Assembly: GCF_020745735.1 (NCBI RefSeq)
Contig: NC_083409.1
Span: forward strand, 11,897,052-11,961,051
Reading direction: 5' to 3'
DNA: 64,000 nt
Source: Hemiscyllium ocellatum
Lineage: Eukaryota
Shown here: piece by piece, positions 36,851 through 50,420 of the stretch
Layout of the letters: every line of letters begins with the position of its first letter
How positions within the stretch are numbered: the stretch's first letter is position 1
The notes under the pieces: model-generated
Seen by the model: only the letters and a program-made list of their open reading frames with translations
Told to the model about the DNA's origin: nothing
Database searches by the model: none
Program-made: the position numbers and the translations under genes

Positions 36851-37201
36851 GTCATTTAAAAAATGGTCATTGAGGAGTTTAGAATTAAAATGGAGTTCCT
36901 TGGTACTCAATGAGCATAGAGGAATTTTTTTTTTCATTCATGAAATGTGGATGTCACTGGCTGGCCAGCCCTTATTGCCCCTTCCTGGTTGTCTTTGAGA
37001 AGATGGTGCTGAGCTAGACCCACAATCTCATTAGGGAGGGACTTCCAAGAAGCAGTGACAGATTTCCAAGTCAGGATAGTGACCACTGTTTACAAGTTGA
37101 GTCACTCACTTACTCAATCTACATACTTTAACTCCAACCAGCATCACATTTGTCACATTATTACTGACAAATAGGAAAAAAGGATTACATGGAGTTATTA
37201 C

Positions 37202-37348
37202 CTTCACTTCATTTAAATTCTGTGGGTTCCTCGCTCGTTTGAAGAACAAAGAGCTAATTCGGCTTGGCTTCATCCACGGGGCTGGGCTGGCACGGAGGTC
37301 GTCAGAAAAGATGTCAGCAAAGATTTCCCTTGTCACATTAAAGATAAG
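37202..37348 (-). CDS. CEP350: CEP350-like exon
   Basis: LIFNVTREIFADIFSDDLRASPAPWMKPSRISSLFFKRARNPQNLNEVK; AG/GT, phase 0-0. Confidence 0.88.
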
Positions 37349-39113
37349 CTGGAAGTAGTAAAAGAGTAACAAAGAAAATATTATATTAGATACGTCCTCT
37401 CCACCCAAAAAAAAAGCTTGTTAGATCACGACAGTGAAAATAAAAGGGAATACTGTTCAAAATATATAAAATAACAACTGTTTGATTCACGATCTGAATC
37501 AAGGATAAATTTAGAATTTCATTGATTCCAGTAGAGAAGGCAAAAGAGAGATGAGAGAAGGGGTTTAAAAGGATTGCAGAACTACCAAGGCTAGGTGCAG
37601 ATGTATTAGACAAGATTACCTACATAATACTAAGGAAGGCACCACAACATAAAAGGAGGCAAATCTTTGAAACAAAATGAATGACATCTGTGGGACATGC
37701 TGTAAATAGAAAACAAACTATCATGGCTCCAATTATTACCTCCTAAAATTCGACCAGAGGGTTGGAGGGCAGCTAACTCCTCATTCAATAAGAAGAAAAA
37801 CAGGAATTTCTCAATCAGTTAGTTTTGTGTCATTTGTTGGTAAATTAAGAGTTAACAACATGGAGTGAAAGACGAGCAGTTAAAGAGACAATAGCAATTA
37901 GCATGAATTTCTAATTAGCAGGTTGTGAACTAGCAAGCGATTTGACAAGGCTGTATTAGTAAAGGAGCAGATTAGTGGGAAAAAAGTGTACAGGGTTGAC
38001 ATGGATTTTCAGAAAGTATTTCAAGTAGTTACCTCTGAGAAGACCAAAGGCAAAACTCAGGGGCACCTCAAATGAAGGGGAGCACAGTCAAGTGAATAGA
38101 GGTAGTTGGGAAAATGCAGGTCAGGGTAAAATAAAGATTTCACACAAGAAAGGTGTGGAGAATGGAAGGGGTCCACAGGAGCCCATACTCAGATCGTCCT
38201 TAATTGTTATCGTAATAAACACAATCTTGACTTGGGAATTTAAGAGAAAGGAATCAAATGATTCCAACTTGGGTTGAAGGGACAGAGATGGAACTATACT
38301 GCAGTGACAGTTACAGAAGAATATTTACCGGAAGATGGAATTGAAGTTAAGAGTGGGATGAAGTAATACATCGTGTGGATAAGAAAAGGAATTACACCTG
38401 AAATGGTAAGATCCTAATCAGATGAGAGCAAAGGCCACATAGACACAAACAATTACAGCCACGTTAAGCTGCATAAGATCTTAGAATACTTTGGTCAACT
38501 TTGGGAATCTCAACATCGTGCAAATTCTCAAGATGTTATCAGGAAAAGAGGTACAGACATGATCACAGATTGAGAAGTTCAACTTCTCAGGCTTTCTTTA
38601 TCTGAAAGTTACGGAATGACCTGTGATTCTAGCTTCTAGATCAAGATTCTAGAGAGTTTTAAGAAGGTGAATAATAATCAAATATTGTATTATCAACCAA
38701 TGGAAACAGCAATAGAAAGACAGAAACGATAGAGAAGAATTTGAAAAAAAAACACTGAGTGGCTGGAAGGGACACTATATATTATGTAAATAGAAACGGA
38801 ATCTACAGATTCTCAGACTGGGCAAAGTTATGACAGATGGGATTTAACGGATAATAGTATGATGATGATGATGATGATAAATTAATAATGGGAGAGTACA
38901 AACAGTGGAGGAGAAAGGGGCTTTGGATTTTTAGGGAAGGGGCAAAATGGTAAATTGAATTCAATGCAGTCATCAGGATCGAGATAATGTTTTTAACATG
39001 CTCTGTTATACATATCATCAATCAGAGCTGCAATGGAGCACTCTTAACCCATACGTTTCTTGCTTAACAAAGAAAAAATAATTTGGTTTTCAAATGCAAA
39101 ATCTGGGTCTCAC

Positions 39114-39353
39114 CTCACAATAAGCTCTTCTGCTGACACTCTCATCATCCTTCCATTTATAATTCACAAAGTCTGGGGGTATTTGCAAATCCCCCAAATC
39201 ATGGCCAAGTTCCTGCCATTTGTACAGCTCCTCAGCCGCTCCATGAACCAGTGTCACAATCTCGACTGCATCTTCAGCAAAAGCAAAGTTAATTTCCCCT
39301 TGGATTTTTCGGGGCACATCTTTTCGGGACTGGGGCTCCTGCACTGGGCTGCT
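39114..39353 (-). CDS. CEP350: CEP350-like exon (acceptor uncertain: 39353, or up to 39384)
   Basis: SSPVQEPQSRKDV...EIVTLVHGAAEELYKWQELGHDLGDLQIP...ESVSRRAYCE; donor GAG|GTGAGA. Confidence 0.85.
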
Positions 39354-40779
39354 CTGTTGCAAAGTACACATACTGTTGGTCAATCTAGATACTGAAGGTC
39401 AGGAACAAAAATGATGGAATTCATTTCAAAACATTAATGAACAATACATGGTTTTAATAAACTGTGAAATCAAAGCATGAAAACAGGAGACAAACAAACG
39501 ACAACCTTTGTTTTATATCTCAGAATATGTCTGACAAATCAGACACAGGCTGGAATTCATTTCCAATTTATTCTCAGCCATGTAATGAAAGTCAAGGTTT
39601 CCACATGGAGTGAGATCCAGATCATTAAACAGTATATTTTTTAAGACTGAGTACTCAAACTCAATACAAAATTTACTTGATGGAGTGAAAACAAAAGCTT
39701 TCTACTCCTTTTTAAGCTTCTTCTCAAAACTCCTCACAGCTTCCTTAACTTTTCCAAAACACTCATCATTCTTCTTATTTTACAATACTTTGAATTTCAA
39801 CACCACACGCTCTTAGCACATAATCAAATTATTAAATGAACACCGGAAATAAAAGTGCCCCCAGAAGCAAAGCCAGAAACCACGACTTTCTTGAACCACT
39901 CTGGAACTTCCCCAAGTCCTTTTCTATATTTCCACCCTTCTATCTGTTTAAATCCCGTTTGCTATCCCTGCCTTAATTCCTTGCCAATTAATCTCATGTA
40001 TGACACGTTGTCAAATGTTTTTTTAAAAAGTGCATGTACCCACCCATCATACCTCCACATCTGAAAGTTGAGGCTTTTTTAAGCACAGTCATCACTTTTG
40101 AAATCTGCTCGGATGCTTTATTTCACAGTTACCTGTTTTCTTCCTGTTTTATCTTTAAAAACTTGCATTGATAACAAATCTTTCATATGATAAAACAAAC
40201 CAAGTAGCTTCACAGAAATAGAATAAAACATGATACTGAGCCTCACAGAGATCCAAGGGCAGATGTGAAATCTGTCATACAGTTCGAGTGTCTTGTAGGA
40301 GGAAAGTGACACAGACAGAAGTAAAGTTCAGGGAGGGGATTAAAGAGGTCACTGTCTTAGTAACTGAAGGCTTTTCCATGAATGGAGCAATTAAAATTGA
40401 AATTCTCAAAGATTTAATTAAAGGAATACAAATAGCTTGCCTGCAATGTATAATCATATAAATTAATTTAAATGGTGCAAAGACTGGTTCTGGTATTATC
40501 CTTCACCAATCGGCTTTCTGGAATAGAACAAGTAGTATAATACAATCATCAAGTCTGGAAGTAAGACAGACATTGACGAGGTTTCTGCAGTGGAAGAACG
40601 GAGGTGGGACAGAGACAGATAATCAGAGATTCCGTAAAGTGTCGGAGCAGGTCATTTGGGCTTTTAAGTCCACATCAACCCCCGAGGACCAGCCCACCCA
40701 GAGCCCCCTCCCCCACCTGGATTTCCCATTGTTAATCCACCGAGCCCGCACATATTTCCCATGCCTTCACAAAATTCCT

Positions 40780-41010
40780 ATTCTTTCCCACATTACATTT
40801 CTCATTCCCCACAGAATTCCCATTCTCTGCCACTCCCGTTTCAAATTCCCTCTCAGAATTTCCATTTGATCCCACTCCCATGTTTCCCAACCCCACTCAG
40901 AATTCCCATTCCCCCCACACTTATATTTTCCATTCATTCTCAGAACTCCCATTCCCTCAGATCTCCCACCCCCCTCTCCATATTGTTTCCCATTCTCTCC
41001 ACTTCCTGTT
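40780..41010. repeat. Degenerate (cagaattcccattc)-type low-complexity tract, GGGAAT-rich on minus
   Basis: Repeated ttccc/attccc words with strong strand skew. Confidence 0.7.
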
Positions 41011-41127
41011 TCCCTGGGACTGATTTTGAGCAAAGCCAAGGATTTGCTATTCTCTGCAGCCTTATATGACATTCTTTACTCATTAGAAACAGTTTTTGTA
41101 AAAAAGACAATGCAAAACATCTTTTAC

Positions 41128-41330
41128 CATTTTACTGTGTGTTGCAACAAAATCCTGGGAATAAACACCATCCGTGAAAATAGGATGGTCAGGACTGGTG
41201 GTCAGCCGAAGGGCTGCTGATGGTGATTCCAGTGACTGAGCAGGTGAAATTCTAACTTCCTCAGGAACTGAACTGTCCCTGTGGGGCTGGGAGCAAGGCG
41301 GCACAGGACATTCTTCCTCACTGCCTGTGT
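41128..41330 (-). CDS. CEP350: CEP350-like exon (donor position approximate)
   Basis: (D)TGSEEECPVPPCSQPHRDSSVPEEV...SPDHPIFTDGVYSQDF; acceptor ttttctgtag; donor ATG|GTAAAA. Confidence 0.8.
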
Positions 41331-42182
41331 CTACAGAAAATAACAATACTTAGAACATTTATACAGCAATGGATTAACAGTGCTTAAAGTGAGATGCACA
41401 ATTCAGTATGACTGTCTTACAACTTCATCCTCCTTTCAATATGTTCTTTACTTCAGATGCATGTAACAGTATCATAAGGGGAGTAGGTTAGAAACAGTTA
41501 ACCAGAGAAAGTTAAGTATGCACAGGTCACTGATGAAAAGCACCTTGAGCCAACTCAGATACTATCAGACATATCTGCTCATCATCAAAATACTCCGATA
41601 CAACATTCTGTGCAGTCCTGGAGATAGTTTCATGTTGCTGCTAATGGGGAGGAATGAAATTAATTATCAATATTGCAAAGAAAATTAGATTTTTCCGTGT
41701 GAACAAAGTGGCCACATAGTCTTGTATAAACAACATCCAAGCTCTCACATTGATGACAACTTTTGCTGCTTCTCAACTCTGCAAGTGATACGCAACCACC
41801 AGCAGTGAAAGGAATTAAAATCTGAAACTTCAGTCTCCCTCGAGAGGGTGAGTGGGAAACTACACTGAGCTATCGTTTCAAGGTACCATTGAGAAAGATG
41901 ATAATTCCAACATCTGACCTATTCTGTTTAAATGCATCACGGCAGATGCTTGGGAAATGTGATTTCCTTGAATTAATGAGACAGGCTAAGTAAAAGGCCA
42001 GGTTTACACCTTGCTTCTTCTGCATTAATGCAGACTGATGACATTTACACATCAATATATCACCTCACACGTGCCATGACAATCAGCCATACCAAAGTGC
42101 ACTTGAAAGCAGTCAGAACCACAGTAAATGCATTACTGTCTTGAAGAAAAACAAACAAACAAGAAACAGAGGCTAACATTAC

Positions 42183-42376
42183 CGTTCAATTCGGGAATCT
42201 TCTTGCTTGCCTCTCTCTTTATCATGTTTGTTTTGAGCTGCTGGTCCCAAGCAGCCTGAGCCTGTTCTTCCATTTGCTGGATCGCAGCTTCCTCGGCATC
42301 GAGCCGCCGCTTCCACTCCAGCAGCTCCTCCGCACGCCGTCGCCGATGGAGTTTCTGCTCCCGTTTAGTGAGAAAC
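42183..42376 (-). CDS. CEP350: CEP350-like exon (coiled coil)
   Basis: FLTKREQKLHRRRRAEELLEWKRRLDAEEAAIQQMEEQAQAAWD; phase 2-1. Confidence 0.92.
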
Positions 42377-43046
42377 CTGATGGACATGCAAGCAGGACGG
42401 GGGAGAGCGAAAGAAAGTGTCAGCTAGCGCTGATATTCATTTCTAAAATTGGACATTAACCTGCAGCTCAAAATGTATAATTCTTACTTTTGAAATTCAA
42501 CACTGTTTGGGTGATAATTTCACAACACAAACAAAATTCAGGGCAATGTCTCCTTGGCCCCTTCACACATCCTAGAACATTGCAGCACTACTGCATGTAA
42601 ATAGGCTCAGTGCAGTTAATCAACACATTCAGAAGGATTTCCTCCAAGTTTGCTGACGTAATATTAGTCAAAACCATCAACTTTAATCTGCAATGCTGCT
42701 CTTAAATAAAACTTCAGTCTGACACAGATTTCCCCACCCCACTGCAATTGGTAACCTGGCCCGGCCCAGGGGTTGGCACTGGGACATTTGTGGACTGTGA
42801 TCTCAAAGGAAGCGTGCAAACAAAATTCTGATAGCCTGGTCCTCAAAGTTTGGGAAAAAGTTTGAGACCAGTCAGGTGCTATGCCTTCTTGTATTTAGCT
42901 CAACTGCATTTCCTATTTACAGTACAGTGTTTTGTAAAGTGTAAAGAATTATGTGTTCTTTTGCCATGGTGGAGGATTTTTATCCTAGTTAATCACAGTT
43001 GCTGCCTCTCACTCCCCAAGTCAAATTATTAGGATTTGTAACAAAA

Positions 43047-43226
43047 CAAAGAACTGCAGAAGCTGAACATCTGAACCGAAGAAGCAAAGTGCTGGAGAAA
43101 CTCAGCAGGTCTGACAGCATCTGTGAAGAAAAAGAAAAGTTATGTTTTAAGTTCACTAAATCTTCGTCTGAACGGACAACAGGTCACTGGACTTGAAACA
43201 TATAATGTCTTTTTCTCTTCAGTGAT
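43047..43226. mobile_element. Decayed palindromic Penelope-like element
   Basis: aaagtgctggagaaactcagcaggtctgacagcatctgtg arm with a degraded counter-arm; related to 32826. Confidence 0.55.
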
Positions 43227-44029
43227 GCTGCTGGCATTTTCAATATTGAACTTTATTTATAAAACAGATCGGAAAAATACTCATCTGCAAAAGTGAAACA
43301 AAAGCGTAAACTTGAGCGTAGTTTCCACACTTGAGTTAGAGAAAGTCACCTCAGTTTAAAAACACGATTTAATTCAAAGTAGCATTCCATCCCAAAATGA
43401 GCCAAGTTACACCAGTAATAAAGCTCACCCAGCCAATTAGACACTTCTGCACAAAATCCTGTAGTGTTGGACACAGCCACCTTTATCAAAGAATGACCAC
43501 ATGTCACAAAATTGTCGGCCTAGAGCATGTCTCTTTAAAGGAGCTGAAAACAAACTCTCAATTTTTACGAAGTTTTTTGATCATACCTAATTGAACACTT
43601 AAATCTCAGAGAATAATCTTTGCTTTTTAAAAAATGTTTGTGGGACACATCCCACACCTTGCTAAAGGTTCGGTTAGGTCTGATCCATAGAGACAAAGGT
43701 CAAGCAAGTATCACACTTTCCATTCACTTCTACAAAGGGCTAGCGTCACATTTCTTCAGGATTTAAAGAATTTTAGAAATTGTTTGTAAAATCAATGATC
43801 ACATGAAAGAATTGGACAATAAATGTATGCGATAAGAGTGAAGCCTGTGACAGCAGATTTTTCTTTGGAGGGCAGTGTGCCCGCTTTCCAAATTCTGGGA
43901 GCAGATACATTTACAAGCTATATTGGCGTACAGTCAAGTTTCTTACTGAACAGTGACAGGATTGGACAGAGTTGGCATGGATTTAAAAGAGGGGAATCAT
44001 ACTTAGCAAATCTACTGAAAGTTTGAAGA

Positions 44030-44880
44030 TCTACCTAGTAGAATTGATAAGGGGCAACCCGTGGGTGTTACTTTGACTTCAGAACTCTTTTGATCAGGTC
44101 CCACATAAGAAATTAGCATATAATGTGAGAGATCGGGTGGGGGAGTGTATTTGCATGGACAGAGCGCTAGTTGGCAGACAGGAAACAAAGAGCTGGAATA
44201 AACAGGCCATTTTCTGAGTGGCAGCCAGTGACCAGTGAGGTACTACAGGGATCAGTGGTTCAAACCCAGTTATTCACAATATATACGAATGATTTAAATG
44301 AGGGAACTATTACTATTTCTAAGTTTGTGGGTGACACAAAGCTGGGTGGAAGGTAAACTGTGAGGAGGATGCAGAGATGCTTCAAGTGTGATTTACATAA
44401 GTTGAGTGATAAGGAAAATGCATGGCAGATGAAAGATAATTTTGATAAATGTGAGATTTTTGGTTGCAAAAACAGACAGCGAGATTATCTGAATAGATTA
44501 GGAAAGGGAGAGTTACAACAAAGGGTGTCTTTGTACACCAGTCACTGAGAGTAAGCATGCAGGTGCAGCAGGTGGTGAAGACAAATGGTATGTTGGCCTT
44601 CATGGTGGGGTAGGCCAGAACCAGTGGTCATAGTCTAAAGGATATAGGTTAGGCTATTCAGAACTGAGATGAGGAGAAATTTCTTCATCCAGATAGTGTT
44701 GAACCAACAAAATATTCTGCCACAAAGTGTATTTCAGGACAAAACATTGAATATTTTCAAGGGTTAGATATAGTTGTTAGGGCTAAAGAGATCAAATGGT
44801 ATGGGGAGAAAGTGAGACCAGGGTTTGGAGTTGGATGATCAGTCATGATCAGACTGAATGACAGAGCAGGCTCAAGGGGC
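44030..44880 (+). mobile_element. CR1 LINE fragment
   Basis: ORF 44171-44356: WQPVTSEVLQGSVVQTQLFTIYTNDL...KFVGDTKLGG. Confidence 0.8.
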
Positions 44881-46189
44881 TTATTATTATCTTGCTTTTC
44901 ATGTTACTAACAGGAAAAATATACAATTACTTCTAAAACATGTTAATTGCTTATCTGGATCACAAAAGAAAAAGCTAATTATTTGTTACAGCCTCTTTAA
45001 AGCTTTACACAAGCATAATTATTACAAAGTTCCAGTGGTAGTTAATTCACCTTGGGAGAATGTGCTAGTTACTATTAGCTTTCCAATATTACAACATTCA
45101 CACAACAAACATAATTTACACTTCTAATTCTGCAATACTTTTCAATTATTTCACTAATTTTGGGTGAAGTTCATTCAGAAATGTAGTACAGCCAACATGT
45201 AGCTGCATGTAGTTGGAGATACTCATGTCTACTGTGACGGTTACATACCAATTAAGTTTTCATATCCATAAGAATACCTCAAATGTTCACCAAAGACACA
45301 TTTGCCCTCTTAAAGAGGCACTGCCTTATGAAAATTCAACCTTGCAACTCAAATTTCAGATTTCTTAAAGTTACATTTATCAAGGTTAGTGGGCTGCTAA
45401 CTCTGCCAGACTATTTGCAAAAGTCCAACTCAACGTTAAATAGGTCAATCTTTATTGTACCCTGTTAGCATGAGCAGCTCAAGATTGTTTGTGTAACTTC
45501 AACTTCTTGCTTTCACAGTAATGCCCCTATAAAACCACGTTCCAGATTAATTGTAAAGTATGCATTATATTGCAAACGAGCAGCTTGCAGCATCTATGTG
45601 AAGCCAAAATTCCTTTCCCCTTGACCCTCCACCGACCCCCCACATCATCCACATGCATGTGATGAAACAGAGCATGCTCGATCAGTGAGAAGCAGAGGTT
45701 GCACAGTACCTGACCAGCTGGTTGTAGATGTACATCTGGAATTTGGGATGTAGGATGGAAAAACAGACACTGAGAGAAGCCCACTGATGAGACGTAAAGC
45801 CAGAGAAGAAGTAGTGACAGGAGAGCGATGTTTACAAAATAAAGGAGCAAAACAAGAAAAACAAAACAGCTGAGTATCTCCCCAAAATTGCTTTATCTTT
45901 AGATACTCAAGAAAACCTCACATTATGAAGGAGAAATTACAAATATTCAATCAAAACATTTGTAACCAACTTCCCTACACCTCTACATCAACACAACCCC
46001 TTCTGCTCGGATTCATTAACTTCAAATGGCAACAGAGCTCATCAAAACCAACCCCAGCTCCATTTCTCTTTCTGACTTAGATAGTGGGAGAATCTCAAGC
46101 ACTGCCTTCCTAACAGTCCAACCACAGATTACAAGCCCATCTGATGTTTGTTTAATGTGGTAATTATTGTTGCCTTCACCATCATTTCA

Positions 46190-46690
46190 TACATGTGTGA
46201 AAAAGTTGCCCCTGAGGTAACTTTTAAATTTTTCCTTTCTTCCCTATGGTCTCTAGTTTTTGACTCCGCTATCCTGGAAAAAAAGATCATGGCTATTTAC
46301 CCTATCCATGCCCCTCACGATTTTATAAACTTTTAAGGTTACCCTTCAGCCTCTCCCTATAGCTCAAACCTTCAACCCTCGCAACATCCTTGTAAACCTT
46401 TTCTGAATCCTTTCAAGTTTGACAACACACCAGCACTGAATGCATTATTCCAAAAGTGGCCTCACCAATGTCCTGTACAACCATAACATGACATCCCAAC
46501 TCTTATACTTAATGCACTGACCAATAAATGCAAGCACACCAAACGATTTCTTCATGACTGAAACTCCGTCTTCAAGGAACTAGGAACCTGCACCCCAAGG
46601 TCTCTTTGTTCAGCAACACTGCCCAGGACCTTCCCATTAAGTCCTGCCCTGATTTGCCTTACCAAAATGCAGTACCTCACATTTATTGAA
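46190..46690 (-). mobile_element. HER1/CR1 fragment
   Basis: Homologous to the 620-1250 and 5950-6490 copies. Confidence 0.75.
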
Positions 46691-47282
46691 ATCAATTAGA
46701 TCAGAAAAAAACACCAGTAGTTTAGCACATCATCCCTATCTAATTATTTATTAAATATGCTAAACCTGAATCAAACCTTGCTGAAACCACACTTGGATAC
46801 TGTGTGCAGGCTGATCATCATACTATAAATAGAAAAAGGAGAAACTGAAGTGGGTACACAGACAAGATTGACAAGGTTGGTCACAGGAATGTGTGGGTTC
46901 ACATCTCAGGAAAGGGTTGACAGGCTATGTCTCTTTTCTCTGAAAGAAGGACAAACAGGGACATAATAGAGGTCTTTAAAATGTTGACAGGGTTCAGCAG
47001 ACTGGATACAGACAGAATGTTTCCTTTCACAGGGAAGAGCTACCTTGAGGTCACAAAGTATTCACCAAGAAATCCATCAGGGAGATATGGAAGTTCTGCA
47101 GAATTGGATTACAGCAATGAAGACTGAACAGGGAGCAGTTGAATCAAATATGATACGGGTGTTTAAGGGGAGGATAGACAAGATTAGAGGGAGAAAGGAA
47201 TAGAGGGTCAGGGTAATAGATGAGCAAGGGTGACAGGATTCTCAAGTGGAGCAGTAACACTGATGTGAAGTGATTGGAACAA

Positions 47283-47616
47283 ATCATAGAATCCCTCAGT
47301 GTGGAAACAGGCCATTCAGCCCATTGAGTCCATAATAACCCCTCGCACAGCAACCCACCCAAACTCACTCCCCTAAGCTATCAGTGTAACTTTGCATTTC
47401 CCATGGCTAATTCACCTCGCCTGCATATCGCTCGGCACTATGGGCAATTTAGCATGGCCAATCCACCTAACCTGCATATTTGTGGACAGCGGGAGGAAAC
47501 CCATGCAGACATTGGGAGAATGTGCAAACTCCACACAGTCACCTGAAGGTAGAATCGAACCCGGGTTCCTGGCACTGTGAGGCAGCAGTGCTCGCCATTG
47601 AGCCATGGTGCTGCCC
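47283..47616 (-). mobile_element. HE1-type SINE, full length
   Basis: Head GGGCAGCACCATGGCTCAATGG, B box GGTTCGATTC and HER1 tail. Confidence 0.9.
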
Positions 47617-48170
47617 TAATAAGACCTGTTTATATCCTCTGTAGTGTACACAATTGTCTTCATAGGATAAAAAAGCTAACACAATGATGTCAAGCTGATA
47701 ATTCCACCAGGAAAAACAATTCCTGCAACATTTGCATGTACCTCCAGTTTCCTAACACACTCCACTGAAAGGCAAAGCAAGCTTTGCACGAGTGAAAATT
47801 TTCACAGTGCAATCCCATTCTGAGACTGTTACTCCAGGGCAATGGGTGTAAATAAAAAAGATGAGGGTAAGAAAAAAGCTCCCCTACTTGGAGAGCAGTA
47901 GCAGTGAGGCCATATTGATGTTTTGCTGCCCCACTCGCAGGGTCAAACATGACAACACCTCAGGTGGGATCATTAGAAACACCATTTGCAGCAAACACAC
48001 TGCCTTTGAAAAGCACAGTGAAATGGACTTCCTATATTTATCTCTGCTCAGAGCCACTCGGTCTCTCTCTTTCTCATCCTCTCCATAACATCACCAGCTG
48101 ACAAATGAGCTGGTTGGCTTGCCAGTCTTTCACAGCAATATGCCTTATAAGAAGCCATAAGAGATATTAC

Positions 48171-48358
48171 TTTTCATCCACATGACTGCGCATCTTCTGT
48201 TTTTGCATGATGTTGCTGGTCTCGCTGCCTGAATTCGAAACAGAGGAGGGACTCCACGTCTCCGTATCTGTTTCCAGGAGAGTGGAAGTGGGGCTCACTT
48301 TGGAAACATTCTGCACTTCTGGTTGTCCTGCATTCCGCTGCTCCTGTCGAGTTGGAAC
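48171..48358 (-). CDS. CEP350: CEP350-like exon
   Basis: VPTRQE...ETWSPSSVSNSGSETSNIMQKQKMRSHVDE(K); phase 0-2. Confidence 0.88.
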
Positions 48359-49201
48359 CTGAGAATATACCAAGATGGACGCATGGAAAGTTACGTTTGC
48401 TCCTAAATGGAAACAGCTCCAGAATTAGTGAAACACAGATGAGATTCAAAGACAGGTTTCTGCAACTAAGCAACATCATTTCCTTTCAGGAGGCAGAGTG
48501 TTTCATTAGTTTTGAATTAATTGAGCTTTGAATTAATTGAACATTTTAAATGTGATTCTGATTTTTTTTGTTTGTTGGGAATGTTTATTCAGGGAAACAG
48601 ATTAAGGGAGGGAGATGTAGATCAATTATAATAGAAGCAAGTGCAAACAGATGAGTGGCTCGACAACCTAGTCCCATTCCTATGCACATGATCAAGTGCA
48701 AAAATGTTTTGACCCCTTTGTAGGATATGCTGATAACAGGTCGGAGACAGATTGCAGGGAGCGAAAGAACAGAAGCACAGATACATTGGGCTGAAAGCTC
48801 CATTTCTTGTGCTGTCACTTCTACAGAATGCAGAACAAAACACGATATCGATGAATACAAAGGATGGTATTCTCGGCAGCAGCAGGTATTCCTGGTATTT
48901 TAGGTTGCAGAGTTTTGGCCTCTACATAAGGGAACATGTGAACATGTTATCAACTTAATAAAGGTACCGAGGCTTAAGTTGATGTTTCTCAGTGGCAGAC
49001 AAACCATTCTTACATCTTTTCTGTAAAATATTAAAAGTTTTATTTATATTGTAATGATAATATAGACTAGAAACCTGGCTGATAGCAAGTTTGGATTGAA
49101 ATTGATCACCCATCATTCATGCTGCAGAGTAAGTAATTCCTTACTTTAATAGTAACCTTGAATTGATCAGTTCAGATGTTTGCAAATGGTGGGATACTAA
49201 C

Positions 49202-49348
49202 CAACTTGCTCTCCCCAACTGATTTGAGCCTCTCCTGAATTTCCCTGGTGGACTGGAGCATGTGTTGAATCTCCTCCTGCTGTTTCAGGATCAGCTGCCT
49301 CTCCCTGTGAGCAGCCTTGTTGGCTTTTTGAAGATGCCTGATTTCAGC
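49202..49348 (-). CDS. CEP350: CEP350-like exon
   Basis: AEIRHLQKANKAAHRERQLILKQQEEIQHMLQSTREIQERLKSVGESKL; phase 0-0. Confidence 0.92.
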
Positions 49349-50420
49349 CTGTGATGAAATTGTATACAATGTATTACCATGTTAGAGACCAACCAAACCC
49401 GTCTTTACGTCGTCAATAAATTTATTTTGACGACAAACTACAGACAAAAATGAAGTCAGGGCACGCAACTCCATAACCCATTAAGTTCTAAGTTGCACAG
49501 TTTCCAGGTGGCACTGTGCAACTTTTACAACTTATAATGCTTGTTCTTGATGAAAACTTTGTGGGTTTTTTCGACAAAATGTATTGTCAACACGAACTCA
49601 AACAGTCAAGTACTCCAGGTGGAAAATTATCATGAAAGAGTTACTCACGTTCTTTTTCAACAACTGATGCCTAACTTTGAGAGAGCATTTCTGATTTTAT
49701 TTCAGGAGGTTGCTTCCTGGCCTGTGGTGAGTTAACCTGAGTTCTCAAACCTGAAAAACTGTCCTCAGCTGCCAAGTACTTTGCAGAAGAGAAAGATGAT
49801 GAATAGGCAGATTTCCACTCACGAGAATTGCGTATTAGCTCTTGCTGCTGGGCAAGTTGGAAAGTGTGCCTGGGTTGAGTGAGTACAGAATCTGACAAAT
49901 CTGTAGTGAGTCCAACAGCAAATAACGTAACATTCCAAGTCTGTGTGATACTGCCTGACACTGCGTGATTGGCAACACCTCTGCCAACAAAAATCAGCAA
50001 CTTGTTGAGACCATCACTATATTTTTCTCATTTTTGGTTTGGAACTGTGAGCTGAAGTTGAGAATTGAACTTTGAAAAGCAACTTGTTTTAAAACAAAAA
50101 AAGGGGAGAACAAAGATAGATGTCTGCTGGCCTGGAGAGACAATGCAGATTAATTACTGGCCGAAGAACACTCCAGATGTTTCAGCCCCAGGGTGCTGCC
50201 GTGGGCATTGCCAGTAGAAAAACTGCATTCAGAAACACCATGGCATGGAAATCTGTCCCTAGGCCGAGCATATACATTACATTCAGTAGCATTTGTTATT
50301 GGCATTTCAAGGAAAACCTGGATCACCATTAATAAAAGGTTTGAAATCAAATCGGAACCTTGGGGAAACATGCTCATTCATGAAGTATGAACATTTTCCC
50401 TGGCATTCAGTGGGTCATAC

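Noticed and set aside
39500-39830. Long near-open minus frame inside the CEP350 gap (…KEAVRSFEKKLKKE*KAF…)
   Set aside because: Contains a stop and does not resemble the missing CEP350 exons as recalled.
44150-44160. Octamer ATTTGCAT (also about 47730) as an Ig promoter
   Set aside because: Inside a LINE relic or CEP350 intron, with no leader or V exon nearby.
45700-45740. Putative 26-nt microexon (ccag|ATGTACATCTACAACCAGCTGGTCAG|gtac) in a CEP350 intron
   Set aside because: Not a multiple of three, and the flanking CEP350 exons already join in phase without it.
45783-45800. CTGATGAGACGTAAAG hammerhead-like start
   Set aside because: No stem II and no GAAA.
48013-48045. CACAGTG/CACTGTG heptamers (also about 6187, 7512, 10529, 24190, 47805, 52566) as RSS
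   Set aside because: No nonamer at 12/23 spacing and no adjacent V or J coding sequence.
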